Below, in pieces: positions 39,459 to 48,795 of a DNA stretch of 64,000 nt. Below the pieces are notes generated by a model. It did no database searches. It worked only from the letters and a program-made list of their open reading frames with translations, and was not told the origin of the DNA. Positions within the stretch are counted from its first letter, which is position 1. Each line of letters begins with the position of its first letter. Source of the stretch: a virus; the IMG/VR virus record IMGVR_UViG_3300042564_002458, positions 32,001-96,000 of that record. The stretch is one strand, 5' to 3'. A program made the position numbers and the translations under genes.

Positions 39459-39788
39459 TTAAACTGTAAAAGATTCACCACAACCACAACGTGCGGCTTC
39501 TTTTGGGTTGATAAAGTCAAAACCTTCATTCAATCCTTTCTTTACATAATCAATCTCAAGACCATCAATATACACTAAATCTTTCTGTGTGACCCAAACT
39601 TTTGCCCCACTTCCGATATCGTATTCTACCCAATCCCATGTACATGGAACTTGATCTACATATTCAAGTACATACGCTAAACCACTACATCCAGTTGTCT
39701 TGACACCTACTTTGATGCCCTGTCCACTACCACGTTTGGCAATGTTACTAACTATTTTGGCTGCAGCCTTTTCTGTCACTGTAATCAT
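39459..39788 (-). CDS. iscA: Fe-S cluster assembly protein IscA
   Basis: KTTGCSGLAY, GLNEGF.F.NP, CGCGESF. Confidence 0.92.
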   Translation of the reverse strand: MITVTEKAAAKIVSNIAKRGSGQGIKVGVKTTGCSGLAYVLEYVDQVPCTWDWVEYDIGSGAKVWVTQKDLVYIDGLEIDYVKKGLNEGFDFINPKEAARCGCGESFTV

Positions 39789-40279
39789 ATTTTTTTACCC
39801 TTTTTAACTGCCATGTTAAATTTTAAATCACTAACATATTCTTTAAACACTATACCATTTAAATGATCCAATTCATGTAAGAAACATTTGGCATCCATAT
39901 CTTCTAATGTTTCTGTATGATATATACCATTGATATCTTGCCAACGAGCATCTACAGTTTTTGGTCTAGTAATTTCTAAAAATACATTGGGAAAACTTAA
40001 ACAACCTTCTGAATTCTTATACTGTTCTTCACTAATACTAACTATTTCTGGGTTAAACATTAAAGTAGTACCCAATGATCTACTGATATTAATGGCTATT
40101 ACTCTATAAGAAACACCAACTTGATTGGCAGCAATACCATGAGCCTGATAGTGATGTAATGTTTCAAGTAAATCTGTAGAAAGAAATCTATTAAGACCAG
40201 CAGGAGGATTATTAAAGTCCCACTCTTGACAACGAGTACGTAATACTTGTTCAGGCCATTTTTTAATGTCTAATATCAT
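39785..40279 (-). CDS. def: peptide deformylase
   Basis: GIAANQVG, EGCLSFP, HELDHLNG. Confidence 0.93.
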   Translation of the reverse strand: MILDIKKWPEQVLRTRCQEWDFNNPPAGLNRFLSTDLLETLHHYQAHGIAANQVGVSYRVIAINISRSLGTTLMFNPEIVSISEEQYKNSEGCLSFPNVFLEITRPKTVDARWQDINGIYHTETLEDMDAKCFLHELDHLNGIVFKEYVSDLKFNMAVKKGKKI

Positions 40280-40649
40280 GTTTGATTCTGTAATCTGTTA
40301 TTGCGGCTTTGATTGCATCTTCCGCTAAAATTGAACAGTGAATTTTCACAGGAGGTAATGCAAGCTCTTGCGCAATTTCCGTATTTTTAATTGTTCCGGC
40401 CTCATCAAGAGTTTTACCCTTGACCCATTCTGTAACCAATGATGAACTAGCAATTGCACTACCACATCCATACGTCTTAAAACGTGCATCTGTGATAATA
40501 CCATCATTCACCTTTATTTGTAACTTCATCACATCACCACAGGCTGGTGCACCAACCATACCAGTACCAACATCAGTATCATTCTTATCAAATGATCCTA
40601 CATTTCTTGGATTTTCGTAATGATCCAACACTTTATCTGAATATGCCAT
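40263..40649 (-). CDS. iscU: Fe-S scaffold IscU
   Basis: MAYSDKVLDHYENPRN, APACGD, GCGSA, LPPVKIHCS. Confidence 0.97.
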   Translation of the reverse strand: MAYSDKVLDHYENPRNVGSFDKNDTDVGTGMVGAPACGDVMKLQIKVNDGIITDARFKTYGCGSAIASSSLVTEWVKGKTLDEAGTIKNTEIAQELALPPVKIHCSILAEDAIKAAITDYRIKHDIRH

Positions 40650-41227
40650 TATTTTATCTCTTTAAGTTTATCTTTAATAATATTTATAGTAATTGGACTA
40701 AGAACCACTTCATAATGATTAATGTCAACTTCAATTAAATTCATATCTGTACGACATTTCATACTCTTAACCGTTACCACACCATCATTGTCACTGATAA
40801 TCCATGGACTGTTACCACTAGTAGTTACAATGTTTGTCCATGGACGTTTAATATTAATCTTACGAGCACTAGACATTGGTTCACTTAGTGGGCCAATATC
40901 TCTAAGTAATTTACTAAATGGTAGAAAATATTTGGCAAAGTCGGCACTTTCTGCCCCACCGTATGGTGTACTAATAGTACAAGCACCTAATACTTTATCA
41001 TTTAAATATTCACTTAAATGTAAGGCATATATTCCACCAAGACTATGACAAACAAAAAACATATCATTGAAATCTTTCAATTGTTCTTTCATAGATTCTA
41101 AATTATTATGAAATCCATGTTTACTGTCATATTCAATCACATATTCATCTTTGTGTTTAAGATGTTGTCTGATATAATTGAAACTATCACCTGTAGCACT
41201 TGCCCCATGAATATATACTATTTTCAT
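40649..41227 (-). CDS. alpha/beta hydrolase
   Basis: YIHGA, CHSLGG nucleophile elbow, TPYGG, NDGVV, NHYEV. Confidence 0.85.
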   Translation of the reverse strand: MKIVYIHGASATGDSFNYIRQHLKHKDEYVIEYDSKHGFHNNLESMKEQLKDFNDMFFVCHSLGGIYALHLSEYLNDKVLGACTISTPYGGAESADFAKYFLPFSKLLRDIGPLSEPMSSARKINIKRPWTNIVTTSGNSPWIISDNDGVVTVKSMKCRTDMNLIEVDINHYEVVLSPITINIIKDKLKEIK

Positions 41228-41228
41228 G

Positions 41229-41438
41229 TTAGTACATTTTTTTAGGTAATTCTTGACTACGTAATTGTTTCTTCCAACGTGACTTAGCACGTGCTTTGGC
41301 TATCTTTCTTGTGATAGTTGGTTTCTCATAACTTTGACGTTCACGTAATTCATCAAGTAAACCACTATCAATGATTTTCTTTTTAAATTTACGCATTGAC
41401 GATTCAAACGATTGACCATCTCTAATTATTACTTTCAT
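41229..41438 (-). CDS. rpsU: 30S ribosomal protein bS21
   Basis: FESSMRKFKKK, LRERQSYEKPT..RK. Confidence 0.92.
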   Translation of the reverse strand: MKVIIRDGQSFESSMRKFKKKIIDSGLLDELRERQSYEKPTITRKIAKARAKSRWKKQLRSQELPKKMY

Positions 41439-42642
41439 TTGTATTCTCTATTAATATTCTAGGATCATCTACTAAATCTCTAGTGATATTTATCGTCTTG
41501 ATATTGTTCTTTATGTAGAATTGAACATCATACATATGAGGCAATAATACTCGTTCCACTTCACTATGAAGTCCTCTTGCTCCAGTTTTTAATTTAAGAC
41601 AATTTTCCGCTATTTGATCAATAGATTCACTTGTAAATGTCAATGCAATGTCATCAAGTCCTAATAGATATTCATATTGTTGAATATAATTATTCTTAAC
41701 ATCAGTCATGATTCTAATCAATTGTTCTTTGGTTAATTCACTAATATTAACCAAACTTGTAAAACGTCCAGTAAATTCTGGTATCATTCCAAATCTAGTT
41801 AAATCATCTGGAATAATTTTTTCCAAATAATCAATATCTTCTTTTGATTTTAGTTTAGATGAAAATCCAATACTATTTCCATCCATTCTTTTTGATACTA
41901 TTTCATTTAAACCAACATAAGCACCACCAGCAATAAACAAAATATTTGTTGTATCAATTTCTATCATTTCTTGATTTGGGTGTTTACGTTTGCCACTTTG
42001 AGCCACTCTACATACAGTTCCCTCTACTAATTTAAGTAGAGCCTGTTGTACACCCTCACCGCTTACATCACGAGTAATACTAGCACTTTCTGAGCGTCTG
42101 GCAATTTTATCAATCTCATCAATGAAAATAATACCACGTTGAGCACGTTCAATATCACCATCAGCCGCGGCCAATAGTCTACTAATCATACTTTCAACGT
42201 CATCACCAACATAACCAGCCTCTGTTAAACTAGTGGCATCGGCAATAATAAACGGAACATCTAGATATTTGGCTACAGTTTTGGCCAATAAAGTTTTACC
42301 ACTACCAGTGGGTCCAACGATTAAGACATTACTTTTTTGAAGTACAATGTTTTCATCTTTATTGTTGATTCGTTTATAATGATTACTAACAGCTACACTT
42401 AATATTTTCTTGGCACGTTCTTGTCCAATAATATATTGATCCAGAAAATTTTTGATATCATCTGGATATAGTGTAGTTGATTTATCATTTATTGATTGAT
42501 CATCTGTTGATTGATCATTTGTTAATAACTCTGTGCAAAGTTCAATACAATCATTACAGATTGCCGAACTTTCGCCCACGATAAGTTTTTTAACTAAGTT
42601 TTTGTGTTTTCCGCAAAAGGAACAGTGTAGAATGTCGCTCAT
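41422..42642 (-). CDS. clpX: Clp protease ATPase ClpX
   Basis: CSFCGK zinc domain, [32 protein letters not shown] loop. Confidence 0.96.
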   Translation of the reverse strand: MSDILHCSFCGKHKNLVKKLIVGESSAICNDCIELCTELLTNDQSTDDQSINDKSTTLYPDDIKNFLDQYIIGQERAKKILSVAVSNHYKRINNKDENIVLQKSNVLIVGPTGSGKTLLAKTVAKYLDVPFIIADATSLTEAGYVGDDVESMISRLLAAADGDIERAQRGIIFIDEIDKIARRSESASITRDVSGEGVQQALLKLVEGTVCRVAQSGKRKHPNQEMIEIDTTNILFIAGGAYVGLNEIVSKRMDGNSIGFSSKLKSKEDIDYLEKIIPDDLTRFGMIPEFTGRFTSLVNISELTKEQLIRIMTDVKNNYIQQYEYLLGLDDIALTFTSESIDQIAENCLKLKTGARGLHSEVERVLLPHMYDVQFYIKNNIKTINITRDLVDDPRILIENTNESNN

Positions 42643-42683
42643 ATATTATACTTATCTTTTTAAGAATTGATGGCATCATTTTA

Positions 42684-43835
42684 TTAAACAAAAATAGCAT
42701 TGGTGCCCAATAAATTAACATTAGGACAATTTTCTAATGTGGGTGTTAATCTGATATCACTTATTCTACTAATATAGTTTGATACTGATTGACTAGTAAT
42801 ATTTATTGCTATTGTATATTGAAGTTGTTTACGAGCATTAATTATACCAGTATAATTGTAACCAAACGTAACAAGATTAGGTTGTGACTGTGGATTATTA
42901 AATGGGGCGCTAGTACAGGCAAAGTTTGTCCAATTACCAGATTGTTCTCTGACTTGAATTAATAAATTCATAGGAGCTCCCAATCTATTTTGAATAGCAG
43001 AATAACTCATCAGATCAGAGAATTGATAGTATTTGGTTTGATTGGCACCAAAGAAAAATGAATGAGATTCTGTCAAAATCGACACTTGTGCCATTCCGCC
43101 GTCAGTTGGTTTCTGATCAATTGGATTAAGTCTTGGTACTTTACCAACAGTTTTAAATACTTCTTGTAATGAATCTAAATATCCCTGATTCATATTGGCT
43201 ATAAAATCAATTTCAATTCTACCATTTCTATAATTGTCAATCATGGATCTACTGCCATCGATTTTCAAATTAAAGGCTCTACTAGGATAATCCCGCAAAA
43301 CAGAATTTAAAATCTTATCCTCATCCTGTTTACTTTCTTGAAAAGTGGAAATACGATCAATGTGTTTTTCACCATCTAATTGATTAGTTGCACTAGAACT
43401 ACCTAGAGCACGATTGGCAATTTTGTTGGAACTAACAGTAACATCAATTTCCAAAATGAATTCATCATTTCCATTTTTTTCTCTGGAAATGATTTTATGA
43501 TTTTTGACATAACAACTACTATAATTAGTTACGTTATCTCTGGTCAATTGTTGATTATTACTTTCCAATTCACTAGAGATAACACTTCCAAATGCCTTGT
43601 TACAGGCTTCTTTAAATGCCAATTTTGTGGCAAGTTGTTGATCGTTGTCAGTGACACGAATTTTAACCAAGTATTCTGGTACTTGATCACCAATTACTTC
43701 AGCGAAAAACTTAGTAATACTAATCACTGACATAATAGGACTGGCCGGAGCAATAATAGATGAACTAATTCCTTGACCATTAGATATGGAACAAACGCTC
43801 GTTAGTAATAGCGCCGATATCAATTTTAATTTCAT
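42684..43835 (-). CDS. secreted/periplasmic hypothetical protein
   Basis: signal peptide; paired with downstream-of-promoter lipoprotein. Confidence 0.7.
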   Translation of the reverse strand: MKLKLISALLLTSVCSISNGQGISSSIIAPASPIMSVISITKFFAEVIGDQVPEYLVKIRVTDNDQQLATKLAFKEACNKAFGSVISSELESNNQQLTRDNVTNYSSCYVKNHKIISREKNGNDEFILEIDVTVSSNKIANRALGSSSATNQLDGEKHIDRISTFQESKQDEDKILNSVLRDYPSRAFNLKIDGSRSMIDNYRNGRIEIDFIANMNQGYLDSLQEVFKTVGKVPRLNPIDQKPTDGGMAQVSILTESHSFFFGANQTKYYQFSDLMSYSAIQNRLGAPMNLLIQVREQSGNWTNFACTSAPFNNPQSQPNLVTFGYNYTGIINARKQLQYTIAINITSQSVSNYISRISDIRLTPTLENCPNVNLLGTNAIFV

Positions 43836-43837
43836 GA

Positions 43838-44491
43838 TTATCTCATCATTGATTTACGAACATCTAAGATACCAGTTTCATTTTTCTTATCCCAACGAAA
43901 AACTACTTTGACATTACGTCCACCACCTACAACTTCATTATCAATCATACGTAATCCACCCAAGATACCACGGCTACTAGTACGAATATTTTGTTGTAAA
44001 CGACTAGAAATATTCAAGGCATCTTGACGAACTGCCTGATTAATTGAGCCATTAGTTTCTGTGTCAGAGGTAGACACTCCGCCTGTATTATTGGCAATGT
44101 TATTGGTTTTGTTATCAGTAGACTTTTCTAAATTTTTACTGATAATTTCAACACTGGTGGAACTAGTAATACTTTCTTTGTTAATGAAGTCATTGAGTTT
44201 GCGCTTGGCATCCAACTCGGCAACTTTATAACTTGATTCAATGGCGCTGGCACTATTACCCCAAACAGGAGCATAACCAGTTACTTCAATGGCTTCAATT
44301 CCGCCACTGAACATACCATAGATAATTTTAATTCCATCTCGTTTAAAGTCCTCAGTGGCACGTTGTTCACTTATAGCAGTTTGTTGACCAGGATTTACAG
44401 GGCCGCCAGGATTGCTTTGACTTTGATATTTGGGACTGGAACATCCAGCAAGTGCCATTACACTAACTAGAGTAATAAGTTTGAAATTCAT
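43838..44491 (-). CDS. lipoprotein (LPP20-like)
   Basis: lipobox LAGC; AELDAKRKL. Confidence 0.75.
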   Translation of the reverse strand: MNFKLITLVSVMALAGCSSPKYQSQSNPGGPVNPGQQTAISEQRATEDFKRDGIKIIYGMFSGGIEAIEVTGYAPVWGNSASAIESSYKVAELDAKRKLNDFINKESITSSTSVEIISKNLEKSTDNKTNNIANNTGGVSTSDTETNGSINQAVRQDALNISSRLQQNIRTSSRGILGGLRMIDNEVVGGGRNVKVVFRWDKKNETGILDVRKSMMR

Positions 44492-44512
44492 TGAAGACTC
44501 CAGAATAGAGTT

Positions 44513-44541
44513 ACTGACGGCAGAAAATCCACCGTCAGTTT
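44513..44541. terminator. stem-loop
   Basis: ACTGACGG-N11-CCGTCAGT. Confidence 0.55.
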
Positions 44542-44557
44542 ACTAGATCATAACAGA

Positions 44558-45001
44558 TTATTCGACTGTTTGATCAACTGCGGCGAGAACATCCTCAGCG
44601 GAAACTTTACGCTTAGACCGAGCCTTGATACTGTCAAGTGATAATGCCTGTTTCTTGGTGGCTTTAACTTTGACTTCTTTTTTGACACGAGGTGCTTTTG
44701 GTTCACGAGTATCAATTTGATCCTGAATCAATGCCTGATCTGACGGATCTTGAAACTCCGATGCGGCTAGAGCAAACTTAAGTGCTTCTAATCGCAACAT
44801 TGGTTCTGGAAGACTAATAAAGTCTGTACGTTTTTCAATGAGTTTAACACCCTTTGATTTTACATACGACTTTGATTGAGCCGATTTGATACGACTAGTC
44901 AGATCAACACCGCATCGAACCTTTTCAACCACTTTTGAACCATCTGGGGTTTCGTGTTTAGTAATGCCGACACAAGTCCATAGAGTATCACGTTTTGCCA
45001 T
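44558..45001 (-). CDS. basic hypothetical protein (possible nucleic-acid binding)
   Basis: SD AGGAG, Lys-rich. Confidence 0.75.
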   Translation of the reverse strand: MAKRDTLWTCVGITKHETPDGSKVVEKVRCGVDLTSRIKSAQSKSYVKSKGVKLIEKRTDFISLPEPMLRLEALKFALAASEFQDPSDQALIQDQIDTREPKAPRVKKEVKVKATKKQALSLDSIKARSKRKVSAEDVLAAVDQTVE

Positions 45002-45035
45002 TTTTAAAACTCCTAAAATATAATAAAAAATAAAA

Positions 45036-45125
45036 CCCGGAACTTGTGTAAGACATTCGTAAATCCGGGAAGTTTACGAGGTCCCATTGAAACTATAGTA
45101 TATCACTAAACGGATTTAATGTCAA
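45036..45125 (-). promoter_or_regulatory. sigma70 promoter and predicted H-type pseudoknot leader
   Basis: TTGACA-17-TATACT; S1 UCGUAAA/UUUACGA, S2 CCCGGA/UCCGGG. Confidence 0.65.
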
Positions 45126-45319
45126 GCGATTTCATTATCGTCTTTATCCGAATTTGTAATTATTTGTAATTCGGAATTAATGAAATTCAAATTAGATAAA
45201 AATTCAAATTCTTCTAATTCAAACGATGACATTGTATATTCAACTGGAACACTATCATTATAAACTTTAAGTGTTTTAGCATCTATCAATGATTGATATA
45301 ATTCTTTAACTCTACCCAT
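45122..45319 (-). CDS. hypothetical early protein
   Basis: ORF in early operon. Confidence 0.6.
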   Translation of the reverse strand: MGRVKELYQSLIDAKTLKVYNDSVPVEYTMSSFELEEFEFLSNLNFINSELQIITNSDKDDNEIA

Positions 45320-45328
45320 TATGATTCT

Positions 45329-45556
45329 TTAAAATTTTGACAAAAGTTTATTTACACTCACGAAATCTTCCGATTTCATGATACTTGTGGCAGTATCTAT
45401 AAATTCATAGATCATTAATTGACGTAATACAATTACCGTATTTAGATCGGTCTCGTCAAGTTCAGCCATCCAAGTATCTAAATCGTCTTTTGTTTGAATT
45501 GACCACATCTTGTCAAGAAGTTTAACTTGATGTGGTTTGAGATTTTCTATATTCAT
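45329..45556 (-). CDS. hypothetical early protein
   Basis: start MNIENL via ATGA overlap; QVKLLDKMW. Confidence 0.65.
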   Translation of the reverse strand: MNIENLKPHQVKLLDKMWSIQTKDDLDTWMAELDETDLNTVIVLRQLMIYEFIDTATSIMKSEDFVSVNKLLSKF

Positions 45557-45822
45557 AGATCGAATTCGCATCCAACATTTTGAGCTTCATATAAAGCATC
45601 CATAATGTGACAATAAAAAGTATCAGTATCCAATTCCTCATAGGGACTGGTATTAGTAATAGATGGGATATCCAACTCATTATCACCGAAAAAAGCCAAG
45701 TGATAATTTTTGATACAATCATCCTGAACATCGCGATAGATACGATATTCAAAACCGTTAATGGTGAAAATCAAATCACTGCCAGATTTTCCAAATTTAA
45801 TCATTTTATCTCTCATTGACAT
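45553..45822 (-). CDS. hypothetical early protein
   Basis: DDCIKNYH, SPY motifs. Confidence 0.65.
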   Translation of the reverse strand: MSMRDKMIKFGKSGSDLIFTINGFEYRIYRDVQDDCIKNYHLAFFGDNELDIPSITNTSPYEELDTDTFYCHIMDALYEAQNVGCEFDL

Positions 45823-46028
45823 TTATTTAATTGAACATCGAAAGAATGACGTTTCATTTTTTCGTCATACAAAGTAACAGTAGAACCAAAACCATCTGAT
45901 TTACCCATCTGATCAAGAACAAAATACATAGCGGTATTTTGTAGAGAAAAATCAGAGACAACTTGCTTTTTAATAGCGGCACGAGTAGTATAAAAACATA
46001 CGCCGTTTACGATGACTCTAATTTTCAT
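45813..46028 (-). CDS. hypothetical early protein
   Basis: ORF in operon. Confidence 0.65.
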   Translation of the reverse strand: MKIRVIVNGVCFYTTRAAIKKQVVSDFSLQNTAMYFVLDQMGKSDGFGSTVTLYDEKMKRHSFDVQLNKCQ

Positions 46029-46107
46029 AATTATTCCAATTCGGTTGCAGAAGGGACATAAATATAATCGTCCTCATATTCATCAAAAACCCAATAACCA
46101 GTCATAA

Positions 46108-46317
46108 TTATTCCTTTATTTTTACTGAATTTTTATTAAACAACATGCCGAACAGAAAGTTAATACCCCAAGCCTGAAGCCAAGTAATTTCTTTAACACC
46201 CGTAACGGCATCAACCAAACATCCATTCCACAACATCATCACTGGCCACGCCAATAAGACGCTGACTGCAACAAATACTGTCAATGCAAAAATAACTGAT
46301 CCAATATCTTTTTTCAT
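46108..46317 (-). CDS. small membrane protein
   Basis: WPVMMLWN..ITWLQAWG. Confidence 0.7.
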   Translation of the reverse strand: MKKDIGSVIFALTVFVAVSVLLAWPVMMLWNGCLVDAVTGVKEITWLQAWGINFLFGMLFNKNSVKIKE

Positions 46318-46322
46318 TTTTT

Positions 46323-46529
46323 TTAGGCCGTAAAATCGTAAGCGTACTCGCCAAACATCGCGACACTAACTTGGACTCGTTGATTGTAGTCTTTGAACAA
46401 TACCGAAAACACACGGCGAGCATCTTTTTCTTCGGCACGTACAAACAGAGTACCGTTAACAAAATACGCTTGACGATCTTGCTTAAGTACTTTGGCAACT
46501 TTGTCTAAAACAATCTTTTCAAAACCCAT
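46323..46529 (-). CDS. hypothetical early protein
   Basis: SD GGAG; promoter TTGACG-17-TATAAT 46561-46589. Confidence 0.75.
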   Translation of the reverse strand: MGFEKIVLDKVAKVLKQDRQAYFVNGTLFVRAEEKDARRVFSVLFKDYNQRVQVSVAMFGEYAYDFTA

Positions 46530-46756
46530 TTACTTCTCCGTTTTCTCAGTGTATGTGTATATTATATCAGCTTTTGGATTTATCGTCAAGGTCTTTTTTC
46601 TCATCGTTGTAACGACGCAACAACTCTTCCATTGACATTTCTTCGTATTTTACGACACAATCATGTTGTTGAAAAGTAAAGGAATTCTTGAAATTGATCT
46701 GACATTGTTTACATCTAATTTTCATGTTTAATTCCTTTTCTTCAGCGTATATGAAT

Positions 46757-46820
46757 ATTATAACATTAACTGTATTTATTGTCAAATTTGCCATAAAAAA
46801 ACTGTTGTATTTCTACAACA
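46757..46820 (-). promoter_or_regulatory. palindrome + sigma70 early promoter cassette 5
   Basis: TGTTGT-N6-ACAACA 46803-46820, TTGACA 46780-85, 17 nt, TATAAT 46757-62. Confidence 0.8.
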
Positions 46821-46888
46821 GTTTTATGCTCATTTTTTGATCAATTTAAGCAAATATTTCTAATGCTGTCCCACAATGATAATGTGAT

Positions 46889-47257
46889 TTATTTTTTCAA
46901 AAATTGTTCGAGATTTGGGGGCAACCAACCAACTGGTTTTAAAACTTTACCATCTTCACGTTTACGAACCTTACCAGTTTCTTTATCAATCTTGGCAAAA
47001 TTAGTACTCATAACTTCTTTCCATGCACCTTCTGCATCACTACCCATACTGTGAATAGCACCAATAGTAACAACTAAAATGTCAATTAAGGCATCTAATT
47101 GTTCTACACGATCATTGTCAATCAGAGCGGCAGTTAATTCACTTACTTCTTCATCAATCAACGCTAGATACATACCATATTGTTCTTGATTGAATGTGTT
47201 GGTGATTTGACCACACGCCTGCATAAACTTCTCTTGATCACGAAATACATTTGTCAT
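46889..47257 (-). CDS. MazG-like/dUTPase-like NTP pyrophosphohydrolase
   Basis: LIDEEVSE, DALIDILVV, TNFAK, DGKVLKP.GW.PP. Confidence 0.85.
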   Translation of the reverse strand: MTNVFRDQEKFMQACGQITNTFNQEQYGMYLALIDEEVSELTAALIDNDRVEQLDALIDILVVTIGAIHSMGSDAEGAWKEVMSTNFAKIDKETGKVRKREDGKVLKPVGWLPPNLEQFLKK

Positions 47258-48420
47258 TCTTTTTCCTTTATTAAATCAACTAACATTTTTGATGTTGATG
47301 GACTATTAGTCCATCCTAAATGACCATGACCAGTATTATAGTAAACATTGTCGGTTTTAGACTTCTTTACTATAGGCATCATGTTAGGGGTCATTGGTCG
47401 TAAACATGCCCAACTTGAGTAATTACTTGTATCTATTTTTGGAAAGTTAGTATGAACCCAATTCAGTAATGGTTCAATTCTATCTCTAACTATATCATAA
47501 TTTTCGTCATTGAGTTCCGCAGTTCCGGCAACACGAAATCGATTACCTAACGTACTAGAAACAATCTTTGCCTGATCATCTAACAAACTAACACGAGGAA
47601 CATATTTCATATCTTCATCTGATACATCAATTGTGATACTATATCCCTTGACTGGATAGATTGGTATTGAATCACCAAACATCTTACCAATTTCTACAGA
47701 ACCAACACCGGCACAAACAATCAACAATTCAAAATCTTCATTGAATTTCTGATTGAACTTAAACTCAACGTTATATTTCTCAACGAGAATCTTAGATAGT
47801 TCTACACAAAATTTGTGAATATCACCAGTCCAATCACTCTTAGTATATACACCGCCAATAACATCAGTCAAATCATGTAAGGCATGATCTATACTAATAG
47901 TTTTATTAGCCGTCAGAATATCCCATTCACAACCATTATCATTGTAAATATCTTTGGCATTGATTGCACTTTCAAAATACTTTTCATTCTTATAGAAGTG
48001 TAGAATACCACAATAAGTCTGATCAAATTCTAATTTCTCTTCCTCAATAATTTGTTGATAAAGTTTACGAGATTCCAACCCAAGTCTAATTGTTTCGACG
48101 GTATTTTTATAATAGTCACCACAAATAGTGTGCCACATAAATTTTGATAACCATTTTATTTTGGAAATATTTAGAGTTGGACGAATCAGTAGTGGAGCAT
48201 CTTTCTTAAACATCCACTTGATGCCTTTGTAGACATTACTCCATGTGGTCCAAACTTCACTATTACTAACACTGACTTGTCCCCCATTTGCAAAACTAGT
48301 TTGCATTGCTGGAAAGCGTTCTTGATCTATCACTGTTACTTTATAACCTGATTTGGCAAGATAGTAAGCAGTCAATACTCCAGTAATACCTGCACCAACA
48401 ACTGTAACTGATTTACTCAT
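47254..48420 (-). CDS. dadA: D-amino acid dehydrogenase (FAD)
   Basis: VVGAGITG, TSFANGGQ, YPVKGYS, RVAGTAE, WACLRPMTP, NTGHGHLGWT. Confidence 0.92.
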   Translation of the reverse strand: MSKSVTVVGAGITGVLTAYYLAKSGYKVTVIDQERFPAMQTSFANGGQVSVSNSEVWTTWSNVYKGIKWMFKKDAPLLIRPTLNISKIKWLSKFMWHTICGDYYKNTVETIRLGLESRKLYQQIIEEEKLEFDQTYCGILHFYKNEKYFESAINAKDIYNDNGCEWDILTANKTISIDHALHDLTDVIGGVYTKSDWTGDIHKFCVELSKILVEKYNVEFKFNQKFNEDFELLIVCAGVGSVEIGKMFGDSIPIYPVKGYSITIDVSDEDMKYVPRVSLLDDQAKIVSSTLGNRFRVAGTAELNDENYDIVRDRIEPLLNWVHTNFPKIDTSNYSSWACLRPMTPNMMPIVKKSKTDNVYYNTGHGHLGWTNSPSTSKMLVDLIKEKE

Positions 48421-48629
48421 TCTTTCACTCCGAAATGTGTTAGAATATTTCCACCAATCCATTCGCATTTGTTCTCATCAGCAAGATCGGCAACTTTAGC
48501 ACATTTTCTAATAATCATCTCGGCGAACTTTTCGATATCTTCGGGTGTATGCAAGGAAGGCAGATACTCACCATCCTCGCCAGCCATAGGAACAACCTTT
48601 AATAAGATTTGTTTAATTCGTTCGTTCAT
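48417..48629 (-). CDS. MNE/KFAELI/HFGVE family protein
   Basis: MNERIKQ..EKFAEMIIRKC..HFGVKE. Confidence 0.8.
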   Translation of the reverse strand: MNERIKQILLKVVPMAGEDGEYLPSLHTPEDIEKFAEMIIRKCAKVADLADENKCEWIGGNILTHFGVKE

Positions 48630-48795
48630 TCTTCAACTCCGAAAGTTTCAAACTTTGTTCTTGATTGTGCCTTAAACATTCCATAATGGTGTCTAAAGCT
48701 CGGTCAACTCCTAAGCGCCGTGCTGCCTTGCCTCGGTCCGACTCCATATATTCTTTTATATCTTTATCGGTCATATCTTCAATTTGTTTGTTCAT
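48613..48795 (-). CDS. hypothetical protein within MNE/HFGVE array
   Basis: carries the family 3' DNA motif out of frame. Confidence 0.6.
   Translation of the reverse strand: MNKQIEDMTDKDIKEYMESDRGKAARRLGVDRALDTIMECLRHNQEQSLKLSELKNERTN

Noticed and set aside
22391-42642. Bacterial chromosome origin suggested by housekeeping genes
   Set aside because: Genes lack bacterial operon context (no dnaJ/grpE, iscRS, tig/lon) and are interleaved with phage structural, lysis and T4-like hypothetical genes at uniform low GC.
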